A stretch of 64,000 nucleotides of DNA, from NCBI RefSeq assembly GCF_036971445.1, contig NC_091480.1, forward strand, positions 95,356,001 through 95,420,000, written 5' to 3'. A program made the translations under genes and the position numbers. Positions 13,261 through 25,040 of this stretch are shown here, one piece after another. How positions within the stretch are numbered: position 1 is the first letter of the stretch; every line of letters begins with the position of its first letter. This stretch comes from Narcine bancroftii. Taxonomy: Eukaryota. The notes beneath the pieces were generated by a model, which saw only the letters and a program-made list of their open reading frames with translations, was not told the DNA's origin and searched no databases.

Positions 13261-14696
13261 GCTGACGGGCTCAAGCCCGAAACGTCGGTTCTGTATCTTT
13301 GCCTTTGCTACATAAAGGAGACTGTTTGACCTGCTGAACTTCTCCATCATTTTGTGTTTTTTTTCCAAAAACTCCGAATGCATGGAAATAGACATATCAT
13401 TTTTATTTCATCAATTTATACAAATCAGAAAATGCTAGGTTCAGTTCCTGGACTGAGGTTAGTTGTCATTTAGTCATATGAATGCAATAACTTGCTTGAG
13501 CGTCATATATTGGAAAGGAGAAAAATCAGCAAGGATCTAGATCTTATTAAATGCAACAGTTACTGTGAGCAAATTGCCTAGGAACACTAAAGAAGAGGAC
13601 TGTTGTAAGTGTACTTTGCACTTAGTGTGTAGCAGACCAAACGACTTCAGTCATGAGTCACTGTTATAAATGCCAATGGTGTACGAGACCCTTGCAAAGG
13701 AACCAGGGCCCTCCAAAACCAAATCTAGATCTGCAGAGGTTATAAGGGAAGGGAGATGATTACCAATAAGGAGCCATGAGATAGAATCATCACCTGGGAG
13801 GGAATCTCCGAATTCTGACGCAAGGCATCAGAAGGTCACTGGGTTGGAGGCCACAGGAGATTGTTGACACAACACCTTGGCGCTCACAAATTTCAGGGCT
13901 CAGGGCTTTTGGGATCAGAGGGCAGTGGAAAACGAGGAGGTGGGTCAGTCAGGGAGTCAGAGATGAGGAGATATTTTTAGCTCAAAACCGTACTATGCTG
14001 TGTTGGATATAGTAAAGCCCAGACAAAATAAACATTCCTATCAGATTTTTCACAGTGATGTCTTTGTGCATGGGTTTAATGTGAAAATAGTTCTACTGGA
14101 GGCAAAGAATAGTCTAAAGGTCTGGAGACTAATTGTGCAGAAAGAACTTCACCATACATGCTGATGCTGCAGGCAAGTATGACCAGAGAGGATCAAGGTG
14201 GGACATTCTCAACTAGTAGATCTACTGCCTCACACCACCAGAGCCCTGAACCTGACCTTAGGTGCTCTCTATGTGGAGTTTGAACATTCTCCCTCTGGAT
14301 TATCTCCAGATGCTCCGTTTCCCTCCCACATCCCAAAGATTGATGGGTTAATTGGCCACTGCAAGTTACACTTCTTAGGTAAGCAAGTCATCAAACTTTG
14401 GGAGAGCTGCTAGAATGTAGGAGGAACAGGATTAGTGTAAATGGATGTTTGGCAGTTGGAATGGACAGGGCTGAAGAGCATGTTGAATCCCTCTATAACT
14501 TTGAGTAAATGCATCATCCAATTTCTAAAGTCACATGAAAAGACCTTGGATTGGTTACTGTAACATTTCTCACCACTCAAAATATATTTGCAGTGATGAA
14601 ATTGTCCAATGAAATTTAATTTATCAGATTTAATGATCTGTGCCACAATTCAGCACCACCAAATTTAGCAAGGGTCGCAGTAATTGTGCTTCTATT

Positions 14697-14957
14697 TTTA
14701 AATTTAAATTTAGACATACAGCGCGGTAATGGGTCATTTTGGCCAACGATTCCATGCTGCCAAATTGACACCTCATTAACCCACACCCCTGTGCATTTTT
14801 GAACCAAGGAAACAGGAGCCCCCAGATAGAAAACCCAAGTAGACACAGGGAAAATGTATAAACTCCTTACAGACAGCCCAGGACTTGTACCCCATTCCGG
14901 TCCTGATCACTGGCGCTCTAAAGGCATTGCGCTAACCACTCCGCCAACAGTGCTGCC
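14697..14957 (-). mobile_element. V-SINE, full length
   Basis: Reverse complement of 2122-2383. Confidence 0.75.
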
Positions 14958-14989
14958 TTCAATTTCAAAATCGATGGAGAAATATATAT

Positions 14990-15325
14990 CATCTGAGAGA
15001 GGCATAGACAGGGTGGATAGCCAGTGTCTTTTTCCTAGGGTAGGAATATAAACCACTACAGGACATCTGTACAAAGTGAAAGAAGGGAAGTAGAAGAGAG
15101 ACATCAGGTGTATGCTTTCTTACACAGAGAGTCGTAGGTGCCTGGAATGCATTGCCAGCGATGGTGGTGTTTGCTGAAACATTTAAGAAACTCTTAGACA
15201 GGAACGTGGTTAAAATAAAAATAGAGGGTTACAAGATCAGTAGAGTTTAGTACTTTTCTTTGGTAGGACGATATAGGTCAGCACAACATAGGGCCAAAGG
15301 GCCTGTACTGCACTATGTTCTATAT
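14990..15325 (+). mobile_element. CR1 3' end abutting the CD79B exon-2 acceptor
   Basis: RGIDRVDSQCLFPRVG; tail gggccaaagggcctgtactgcactatgttcta. Confidence 0.7.
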
Positions 15326-15349
15326 AGATGTTGTCTGCTTTACCTACAG

Positions 15350-15649
15350 GAGTCTGGTGCAAAGAGCCGAAAGTCAGTTACTCTGTGCCTTATCGAGCTG
15401 TCACGAAAGGAAACAATGCGACTCTGCGCTGTGTCTTTGAAAATCTGCCTACCAGCAATAAACTCACCATCAAGTGGTACAAACATGGGGAAAACCCCAT
15501 TCAATTGGCATCCGTAATCAGCTTTAAACATGAAGCCTCGCTTATAATTTTAAATGCAAGGAAATTACATTCAGGAATTTACTACTGTAGTTTACAAACA
15601 GACCACGGTGTGACATCCCATTGTGCGGCAGAATTAAATGTGCAACCAA
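15350..15649 (+). CDS. CD79B: CD79B coding exon 2 (Ig domain)
   Basis: ctttacctacag| acceptor, |gtaagt donor, 300 nt, phase 1-1; ATLRC...IKWYK...SGIYYC...HCAAELNV. Confidence 0.92.
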
Positions 15650-15884
15650 GTAAGTGAAGCTATGACCTGCAGGGGTATATCCATGCCAGGTTAAAATGTT
15701 AGAGTACATGTCCATTAACTGTACAACTTTTCACTGACAAAACATGATAAATTATTTCAGAGCACATCAATGAAAGCTTAGCTAAAAACAGAAAGGTCCG
15801 GCAGGATTTGTGAGAAGAGAAACAGTTAATGTGGCAGGTCCGGGAAACTCTCATCAATGTAAGCTTTTCAAATTTTTTTTTTTG

Positions 15885-16098
15885 GGGTGGCAATAGTTAT
15901 GAACAGAACACTATTACAGGACCAGTGACCTGGGTTCGAATCCTGCGCTGTCTGTGAGGAGTTTATACATTCTTCTCATGTCTGCCTGGGTTTCCAGTTT
16001 CCTCCCACCTTTCAAAATATGTGGGGTCAATTGGGTGTTATTATACGGCATGGCTCGTGTGCCGAAAGCCCCTGTTACCGGGTCTAAATCTAAATTTA
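15885..16098 (+). mobile_element. V-SINE copy
   Basis: B box gggttcgaatcc plus central domain. Confidence 0.7.
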
Positions 16099-17017
16099 TG
16101 TGCAGACGCTGGAACCCGAAGCTAAACACAACCTGTTGGAGGAATCCAGCAGGTCAATGGGCGGGGAATAATCTGCGGGACCCCGAGCTCCTCCAACAGA
16201 TTATGTTTCGATTCCCATGTTTCTCAGTGTAGGGGACATCACAAAACGTTTCTGTTCTGCTTGCAGCCCCATTGAGAACTGCTAGCTCCATCTCGGCAGT
16301 CAGCTAATTCTTGCCTGCCAACCCTCCAGAGTTCGCTTCCAATGTCCAGCTCCACTACACAACTGTGCTGGAGAAATTCAGCAGGTCATGCAACATCCAG
16401 AGGAAGTTAAAGGCAGTCAGCGTTTTTGGAATGAGCCGTCCATACATCGAATCCCTCATTTCCATGAATCATTTTTTTCCTCAACACAACTTAGTTGAAT
16501 CCAATTTTCATTGGGGAAGTCTTTGGATTCCCTGTCAGAAATTTGGCAGAATGCTGGGAATATAAGAGTAATTAACACATTACCTGCAGATTACTGGCTG
16601 TGGTAGCAGAACAGAATTGCAGAAAGTCTCATAAATTCTATCACAACAGCTTCTGATGTTTCCCATTGCCTTTGATGTAGATAATAAAGGCAGGACCATT
16701 TACTATACCGTGTAGCTGATATTAAGAGAGCTTCAATGTGAATGATCCTGAGTAATATCCAATGTCCACAAAGGTGCAACCTGCCTAGATTGCCCTAGAA
16801 TTAAACATGGGCCGTTTGAACACTTTGGTAAGAAAGCCTATGTGTACGGTTCCTCCCCTTGTCACCTTAACAAGTACCATGATGCGCCACCATTCAATGC
16901 AAGTGCATTGCAATGTCCAGAATACAGGGCCAGAACGTGATTTGTAGCCACCAACATTGACTAATGTATCACACAGGTAGAGGAGAATGGTGGAACTGGA
17001 GAGAGAAATATATGATG

Positions 17018-17243
17018 AATGCAGCGCCATCAATTAGACCCAGCAGACCAGAAGTCGAGAGTTACAGGCTTTAATTGCTATAAACTTACAGGCATCTCTT
17101 ACGTACTATTGGCCTAATTCCATGGCAGTACTAAGGGAGGGAATTAGGCAGTACCACCTTTATTAGGAATCCCGAGGGGGAGGAGTTACAGTATCAGGGG
17201 CTGGCCAACCAGTACAATGCATGTAATGCAGCATTCCACCACA
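17018..17243 (-). mobile_element. Possible short solo LTR
   Basis: tg...aca ends and AATAAA/ATTAAA on the minus strand; no target-site duplication found. Confidence 0.3.
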
Positions 17244-17327
17244 GCACACAGTAATCTCACTCAATGTACAAGAACTTGATAGCAATGCCGTACTGTTGTG
17301 AAGTTCTTTTTGATGTTTTCCCTTTAG

Positions 17328-17446
17328 AAGCCACTGAATTGAAATCTCTGAAAACCTCAAACATGATGAAAGACACATTGATTTTAATCCAGGGAATTCT
17401 GCTGATCCTTTGTCTCATTTTGCCAGGAATGTTGTTTCTTAGCAAA
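17328..17446 (+). CDS. CD79B: CD79B coding exon 3 (stalk and transmembrane)
   Basis: NMMKDTLILIQGILLILCLILPGMLFLSK aligns with mammalian NTLKDGIIMIQTLLIILFIIVPIFLLLDK; ccctttag| and |gtaagt; 119 nt, phase 1-0. Confidence 0.93.
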
Positions 17447-18434
17447 GTAAGTACTCAGCGGTTCATTTTCCCAACCACTTAGAACCAGAGAGCACAGAAG
17501 ACAGGCCCTTCCAGTCTGTGCCAAACTTGACGTTAAAGAAATATTAGAAGGAAAAACAAAATAATGAGAATGAGCTAACACCTAATCTTTCCTTTAACAT
17601 TGTATAATCTCCTCTGAAATCAATGGGTTTACAGGTTCTATTTCAAGTCAGACATAATGTTGGAGAATCTTATCAAAATCCTGTGCTAACCACAGGAGTC
17701 CTTCATTATATTTTTAATACTTCCCAACAACATAGAACAAAGTCCTTCAACCCACTGTGTCTTTGCCATCTTTTCCAGCAATCCCATAACCCAAATTTAA
17801 TTTCCACTCATCTGCCCATCTGTAATAGTGGTAACACACGCTAATCAATCACCTTTCAAAACATATGCGGGGGGAGGGGGGAGGGTGGGGGAAGGACAGG
17901 TTGTAGGGATATTTGGACAGCATGGGACAGAAGGACCTGTTAATACTTTCTGCCGTAAATCTGAATTTACCAACCAACATCTTTGCGATGTCCGAGCCAA
18001 CCAGAGCAACCCACATGGTCACAGGGCAGATGTGTGCACTGTGCCCAATGAACACCCAAGGCCCAAATCAAACCCAGGTTGCTGGACCTGGGAGACAGTG
18101 TGTCTCCCACTTGTGTTGACCCATTCCCATTGGAGTTCAGTAGCTGGTTTGCCAGCTGGAACTTGTCAGTAGGTTTGGGACATCTGCACTCAGATACATG
18201 TGTGGCAAAATCCACAGCTCGCTGGCATTTATATGGACAAGTGCCAGCTGTTCACCTCCAATTTGCCAGCATTCCACAGCAAGGTACAATGACTGTCACA
18301 GATCCATCTTCTAATGCAGGAAGCATTTGTTTTCTGTCCAACCCATAGTGCTTTATTTCAACCTGTTCAAAGCCTGACTTGTCAAATCGGCAAAATGATA
18401 AACAAGTTATGAAAATCATTTTTATTCTTCACAG

Positions 18435-18485
18435 AATAAACAGAAAAAGAAAAACGATGATATGGAGACTTACCACATGTATGAG
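18435..18485 (+). CDS. CD79B: CD79B coding exon 4 (NKQKKKNDDMETYHMYE)
   Basis: ttcttcacag| and |gtatga; 51 nt; start of the ITAM. Confidence 0.9.
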
Positions 18486-18734
18486 GTATGATGTATGGAT
18501 TTATATCTCAGCAAAAATAGATGTTCTCTTGATGTGAATGTTATTTGCCCCAGAGAAAGCATCATAAATGTTTCTGACTGTTACCCTAAGGATGGGTACT
18601 CTGCAGCCAATTTCAGGCAGGTCATCCAGTAGAAATTGTAGATGGAATTGGAATATAGAACACACTGACCAGCAGTGGAGGTGGATGCTGAAGAAGTATC
18701 CAGATGAGTATTTGAATTGTGAAGGCAGTGAAAG

Positions 18735-19310
18735 CTATGGAGCACATCACTTGAAGTACTGTGTTCAGTTTTGGGCACCTTATTTAAAAAAGGATGTTCT
18801 GGCATTGAAGAGGGTTCAGAGAAGATATACTAGAATAATGCATGGAATGGAAGGGTTAGCATATGAGAAATATTTGTCAGCTCTTGGGACTGTACTTGTT
18901 GGAGCACAGAAGCATGGGTGGGGAGGGGGGTGTCGGGGAACCTCATAGAAAGGCCGGGACAGAGTAGATGTGGCAAGGTGGTTTTTCCACGATGGGGGTG
19001 TCTAGGACTAGAGGGCACAACTTCAGAATAAAAGGGCATCAATTTAAAAGAGAGTTACAGAAAAATTTATTTCACCAGAGGGTTGTGTACCTGTGGAACT
19101 TTGTTGCCACAGGAGGCTGTGGGAGTAAGGATATGGTTGGATTTAAGACAAAGATTGACAGGTATATGATTAGCCAGGACATTAAGGGTTATGGGGAGAA
19201 GGCTGGGGAGTGGGGCTGAGGGAGGATGAATCAGCTTACGATGGAATAGCAGTGAAGGCTCGATGGGTTGATCAGCCTACTTGTGCTCCTATATGTTGTG
19301 ATCTTGTGAA
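18735..19310 (+). mobile_element. CR1 3' fragment
   Basis: HLKYCVQFWAPYLKKDVLALKRVQRRYTR; SRTRGHNFRIKG...FHQRVVYLWN. Confidence 0.85.
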
Positions 19311-19808
19311 GTGCTGGTAAGTAGTGTTAGTGTAGATGGGAAACTAATGGTTTCAGGGCTGAGACCATTGAGCCATATGTTGCGTGGCTTGCTCTGCCAA
19401 ATCAAAGGCTAGTTAAAAAACACTTGTATTCCAGGTTCATAGAGTGTTTTTTAATTTGGCAGAGAAAACCACACAAGATATGGAAGATGTAACGTGGACA
19501 TAAATTCAACCAGGTCCTTAGGCAGCGTGGGATTCGAACCCAGGTCCCGATTTGCTGGCGCTGTAAAGGCGCTGAATGTAAAAAAAAGTACCAACTTGCT
19601 TTCCACAACAAAAGCACAAATCTGATTAACTAAATCCATATCTTTTTAATTTCTCAGGAGTGAGATATCTTAAATTCACCTGGGTGACCTTTGATTTGAA
19701 TGAAATAATAAAGTACATCACAAGATCAAATCAAGCATTTAATAAGTTGCATGAGTGGAGTTTTATCAAAAATGTGATCTTTTAAAATTGTGCTTTGTTT
19801 GAATGTAG

Positions 19809-19919
19809 GGTTTAGAAGTTATGCAGACAGCCATGTATGAAGACATTGGCAACCTAAAACCATCTGAAGAGAAACCATCTGAAGATAAATGGCCTGATGC
19901 GGAGCAGCCAAATGAGTAA
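19809..19919 (+). CDS. CD79B: CD79B coding exon 5 (ITAM and tail, stop)
   Basis: GLEVMQTAMYEDIGNLKPSEEKPSEDKWPDAEQPNE*; completes the ITAM YEGL-x7-YEDI (mammalian YEGLDIDQTATYEDI). Confidence 0.93.
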   Translation, partial: GLEVMQTAMYEDIGNLKPSEEKPSEDKWPDAEQPNE

Positions 19920-20591
19920 ATTCGCAATCACACCTTGAACCTTCAATTATGTTTCCATGAACAATGTAATAATAGAAATGATGACATGTTGAAAATTATA
20001 TCACAGTATTGGCACCAGAAAGGACAAATGCGTGCAGAATATGGTTAAGGGGTTATGGAGTGAAGGTGTTTCACAGTTGATCCTGTGTTAGGATGTAAAT
20101 GCACAATATACAGTAATCTCAGATGGGAACGCCAGTTCTGCCCACCCATTGTTTCACGAATCTTGCACAAGTTTTCATTTCATTCTTCAACAATGGGAGG
20201 CCTCATGGAAGAGGGAATTTACTGCACAAATAAAAATGCTGTTAGATTAGAGAGAACAATCTGAAGGTGCTAGTGACCAATTCATAGAAAATTAATCTGC
20301 ACAATTTAATGAAGGGTTGATATATTATATGAAACAGATGTTAACTAAATATGCATTGCATTTGGATATTACAGTTACAAAATACATGCCAGATAATCAC
20401 ATTTGTAATTCATGGACAAAAAAAAAACCAAAATAATGAAGAATGAACCATTAAAGTGCAGGAATACTTTTTATTGTCTTGCTAAACACAAAATGCTCCA
20501 ATAGATTAGATTGAATTGATGTGAAGTTGACAAGGTTATTGGTAATGTGGAACAATAATCACCTTGCGTCAAGGATCCAAATAGTGAAATT

Positions 20592-20794
20592 GTAGTAAAA
20601 CCCCTCCTACCTGGAATTCAAGCAACCAGCAAAAAAATGTGTAAAATGAATAGGTAAAAATTATGGATGTTTAAAATAGGCACCCCGAGCAGTTAGCTCA
20701 CCAATCATGCCACACGCAATCTCAAGCAACTGGAAAATTCACATCCACCAACTACCAATCCCCATAGATGCCAGATACCAGGGGTCTTACCGTA
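20592..20794. mobile_element. Tc1/mariner(Tigger)-type MITE
   Basis: Imperfect terminal inverted repeats agtaaaacccctcctacctgg / ccagataccaggggtcttacc followed by gta. Confidence 0.5.
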
Positions 20795-21454
20795 TAAACT
20801 TTCTTTGTCCTAATAAAGTATGGACAAATGTGCACGAGGTAAAGCGTGCTTTAAGTGGCTACGGTGACGCAATAAATATTTGAGCAGTTGGCAGCGACAT
20901 CTCAATCCCATTCATAAACCGCACGCAAAGCAAATTGCAAATTATATTAATTCTTTAAGATGAATCCAGGTGAGCTGAAGGATTACAAAAATCTTCTAGT
21001 AATTTATATGATTGTCAGGTATTACTCAATAAATCAAATTATTTAAACTAAAGGAGATACCATACTTACATATTTTAATATTGAAAGTTACTTCGTTATT
21101 GTGAGATAAATTTCCACCTTGTATATATTGTACAAATAGAAGTGTATTGCTAATATTATGGATAATGTATTAATTTGCAAATGTATTTGTCTAGATTTGA
21201 TATTTTGGGGTTTTTAGGCTCTTGGTATCCTTGATAATTTAGTTGCTTTTAAATGTTGTTCAGAAAGTACAGCTCTATTGTCAGATCAGGGATTAACAAT
21301 TATTTTCTGATTTTACTGCTTCTTTCATCTGAATGTTTACCGATCATACAGACCTTCAAAAAGTCTGAGAACAATTTCAGGCCCTTCAAGGCCATTCTAT
21401 CCAGCTCCACATTGTTCACCCATCTCAGATAATGCTTTTTTTCCCCCCGCCTTT

Positions 21455-21701
21455 TTAAATTTAAAAAAAAATTAAGACAAACGGCCATTTCGGCCCGTGA
21501 GCCCGTGCCACCCAATTGATCTACAACCCTCAGTATGTACTGAATGGTGGTGGGAGGAAACGGGAGCACCTGGGGAAAACCCACGCAGACATGGGGAGAG
21601 CATACAAACATCTTACATACAGACCGCACGGGATTCAAACCCTAGACCCGATTGCTAGCGTTGTATCAGAGCTGCACTAACCGCTACACTAACTGTGCCA
21701 C
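21455..21701 (-). mobile_element. V-SINE, full length
   Basis: Reverse complement of 2122-2383; ORF 21300-21638 is its translation. Confidence 0.75.
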
Positions 21702-22849
21702 CTATTGTCAGAATTAGGATAAATCCAATTTTAAAAATCTTGTATCCGTACTTTTTCCCCCCCATTCTCAAGCTTTTCTTCGGCTTTGCACCCTCCCCCC
21801 ACCCCCAGAATTTTATGGCCTACCCCCTTCCCTGTAAAGCAGCAGATTTTAGTTTCTTCCGGACTTCTCTCCGACCAAAAAAAGTTTAAAAAAAATTATG
21901 TTACCCGAGGTGAAAACAAAGCAAGGCTTTTAAATGTGCTGTGGCCCCCATGCACCATAGAGCCCCTGTTTGGAATGGCTGCTATACATCAACATGCCTT
22001 TTTTATTTAAACCATTTATTTTGTTGACAATCAAAACTTCAGGAGAATAAATAATTGCCTCCTAAAGCGTGCTTGGAATGTTCTCTGACATTGAGTTAGT
22101 TCACTGGCCTTGAGTGAGTTAAAGGATTCTACTTCTTTTTTTTTTCTCTTTAAATTCCACATTCTCCTTTGATATTTAAGACCTTCTCAACAGTACACAA
22201 TTTGTATGAACCCATCTGGTAAATTCCTTATATAATTTCTGTTCCAGTGATGTTGTTCATAACTTGTCTGAGGGGAAAGAAAATGAGTTCTACAACAGGA
22301 AAGAATAACTTTTTTTTTAAATATAAACACAGAGCAGAACAATTTCCTCATTCACTTATTATCACCCACTAAGAAATTACATGAATTGATGTGAACAGTT
22401 TTTAACCTCCTATGAGGTAACTGGAAGACTTTTGTCATCATGTCATGATGTCACACTGATTGTTGCACAGACCAAAATGTACAGGGGCAAAAATAAATGC
22501 CAATGCACAGTTTTTGATTTGAAGATTTTACGTAACAGTCTTTACAAGCAACTAAACAGAAGCAGAGAGATTTTCTCTGTGTTAATGGTTGTTCTGTAGA
22601 CTGGTGAAATTGAATGTAGTAGAAAAATGTTCCACCTTCATTGACTGCCTTCCAATTTTAGCCAGTAGGAGGCATTGTTTCAACATGAACTGGTAGCAAA
22701 AGCTTCAATGGGTACTCTCAGTAAGTGGAAAATCTTCTGAATTTCTTCAAGCCATTATGTAGCTTTGTGTATAAATGCAAAATTAATTAAAAGTTAATTA
22801 TTGGCAGACATATTCTCTCCAATAAATATTAGTTTATTACACCATGAAC

Positions 22850-24745
22850 AGGAAATCTGCAGATGCTGTACACAAAGGTACAGGAGAAACTCAGTAGGAC
22901 ATGAGCATTGATAGGAAGTAAAGGCTTACAATCGTTTTGCACCTGAGCCCTTTGTCAAGATGTGAGCAGAAAGCAGGCAGGATGCATAAATTAAAAAGTT
23001 GGGGGGAAGAGAGAAGGGGGAGGGAAGAAAGGAGGAGGGGGAAGGAGAGGAGTACAGGCTAATGGGTAAGAGATAGCTCCCTGAAAAGAAAGGAAAGGGG
23101 ATGGAGAGCTGGAGAAAAGGGGACAGAGGGATAGGAAAAGAGAGAGACTCAGGGGGGATGGGTTTAATGGGAGCTGGAGAAGTTAATGTTCATGCTGTCT
23201 GGTTGAAGACTGACCGGAAGGAATATTAGGTGTTGTTCATCCAATTTGCGGGTAGCCTCTATTTAGCAATGCATGAGGCCATGGATTGACATGTCAGTGT
23301 GGAATTGAAATAGTTGGTCATTGGGAGGTCCCTGTTATTGCAGCAGATGGAGCAAAGATACTCAACGAAATGACCTCCCAGTTTGTATCCAGACAGGGCC
23401 ATAGCGGAAGCACCGGATGACCCCTGCAGATTCACAAGTGAAGTTTGCTTCACTTGGAAAGACTGTTTTGGGCCCTGAATGGTGATAAGGGAGGAGGTGT
23501 GGGCACAAGGAGAGCAGTTCCTATGGTCAGAGGGGTAGGTACCTGTGATAGTACAGATTCTACCACCAATGTGTATATGTACAGATTGTAGTGTAGGATG
23601 ACTGTGATTGGCTAAGAGTGTAGCCACGCCTACTGGCAGGTCTTAAAGGGTTGCTCCTAGCCAGACCAGGTCATTCTGGACTGGTCGACCTATATGTGAT
23701 ATGCTCCAGTCTTCTAGTTAATAAAAGCCTTGGTTTGGATCAACAAATCTTTGGGTCTTTCGACGCGTTCTACAGTACCAAGAGTGGGAAAGGATGAATG
23801 GATGAGGAAGTCCCAAAGGGAGTGGCCCCTATGGAAAGCAGAGAGGGGAGGAGGGGGAAGATCTGTTTGCTGGTGGGATCACATTATAGGTGACGGAAAT
23901 TCTGAAGGGCCATATAGTGGATGCGGAAGCAGGTGGGGTAGAAGGTGAGGACAGAGAAAATCCAGTCCTTGTTGCTCTCAGGGATGAGGGGGGCATGGCA
24001 GATGTGCGTGAAATAGTGGTGACATGGATAACGGTGAAGTTGATGGCAGTAGAGGGAAAGCTTTTTTTTTTAAAGTACATTTCAGACATTCCAGAATGAA
24101 AGACCTCACCCTGAACAGATGCATCAGAGGCAGAAGAATTGAGAGAAAGGAATGGAATCCTTGCAGGGACAGGGTGCAAAACAGTATAGCTGAGGTAACT
24201 GTGGGAGTTGGCAAGTTTGTAGCAACTATCTTTAGAGAGTGTTGCAGAGATGGACCAAGAGAATTTCAGATCGGGTGAAGGTAGTAGCAAAGTGGAAAAA
24301 TTTAATGAGCTTATCATGGGCACAATGTAGTCATCAATGCAGCGGAGGAAGAGGAAGGAGCCTGTGTAGGCTTATAGCATGTATTGCTCAACATAGCCAG
24401 GTATAGGTAGGACACATGCACGTACCCATGGCTACCTCTGACTTGGAGAAAGTGGAGATGAGCCAAAGGAGAAGTTATTGAGGGTGAGGACAAGTCCTGC
24501 CAGGTGGAAGAGGGAGGTGGTGAAGAGGGACTGGTTTGGACCCATTGTTGAGAAAGAGATGAAAGGCTTTGAAAGAATATGGAGGTGCATGGAGATTGAA
24601 TGTCCATGGTCCAGATCAGGGGACTGGAAGTTGTTGAAATTATGGCATGCATGTGAGTTATCGCAGATGTACGGAAAGGACTGGACCAGAGAAGACAAAA
24701 TAGGGTCAAGGTAAGATGATACTTGTTCAGTGGGATAGAATATTT
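22850..24745 (-). mobile_element. Penelope-like retroelement (RT and GIY-YIG), degraded
   Basis: Fragments SSYLDPILSSLVQS, TMDIQS..TSI, LAGLVLTLNNFSFGSS, HFLQVRG, YKLANSHSYL, GGHFVEYLCSI..LPMTNYFNS; pyrimidine-rich 3' UTR and terminal repeat. Confidence 0.8.
23544..23774 (+). mobile_element. Solo LTR (231 bp) with a 5-bp target-site duplication
   Basis: TGT...ACA termini, GTACC on both sides (23539-23543, 23775-23779), internal AATAAA; interrupts the PLE. Confidence 0.85.
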
Positions 24746-24834
24746 CTTTCAAGTGAAAACATTCTCACAAGGAACTGTGGCTGGCTGAGAATGAAAGCAG
24801 TCTCTAGTATTGAAAGGCCTCTCAGTTTGTCACG

Positions 24835-25040
24835 TTAAACAAGAGAGTCTGCAGACACCAGGGTCGAGAGCAATATACAAATGTGCAGGAAAAACTCAGA
24901 AGGTAGAGCAACAACCAACGGAAGTACAGGGTAACCAATGTTTCAGGCCTGGCCCCTTTGTTAGGTATGAGCCAAAGCAAGTGGACGTCTGAATTAAAAT
25001 CTTGAGGGGCGGGTGAAGGAGGAGAGGAGGGAGGGAGCAG
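24835..25040 (-). mobile_element. Second PLE terminal repeat (pLTR-like), same orientation as 22850-23050
   Basis: gtctgcagac...gaaaaactcag...aatgtttcaggcctggccccttt...purine tract parallels 22855-23050. Confidence 0.55.

Noticed and set aside
7787-15349. Small CD79B exon equivalent to mammalian exon 2 (candidates after AG at about 7968 and 11017)
   Set aside because: Candidates give the wrong phase or an in-frame stop; direct splicing yields a complete leader. The search was by eye only.
15328-15657. Immunoglobulin or TCR V segment
   Set aside because: Ends in a splice donor, not a heptamer-nonamer RSS, and splices to CD79B-type TM and ITAM exons.
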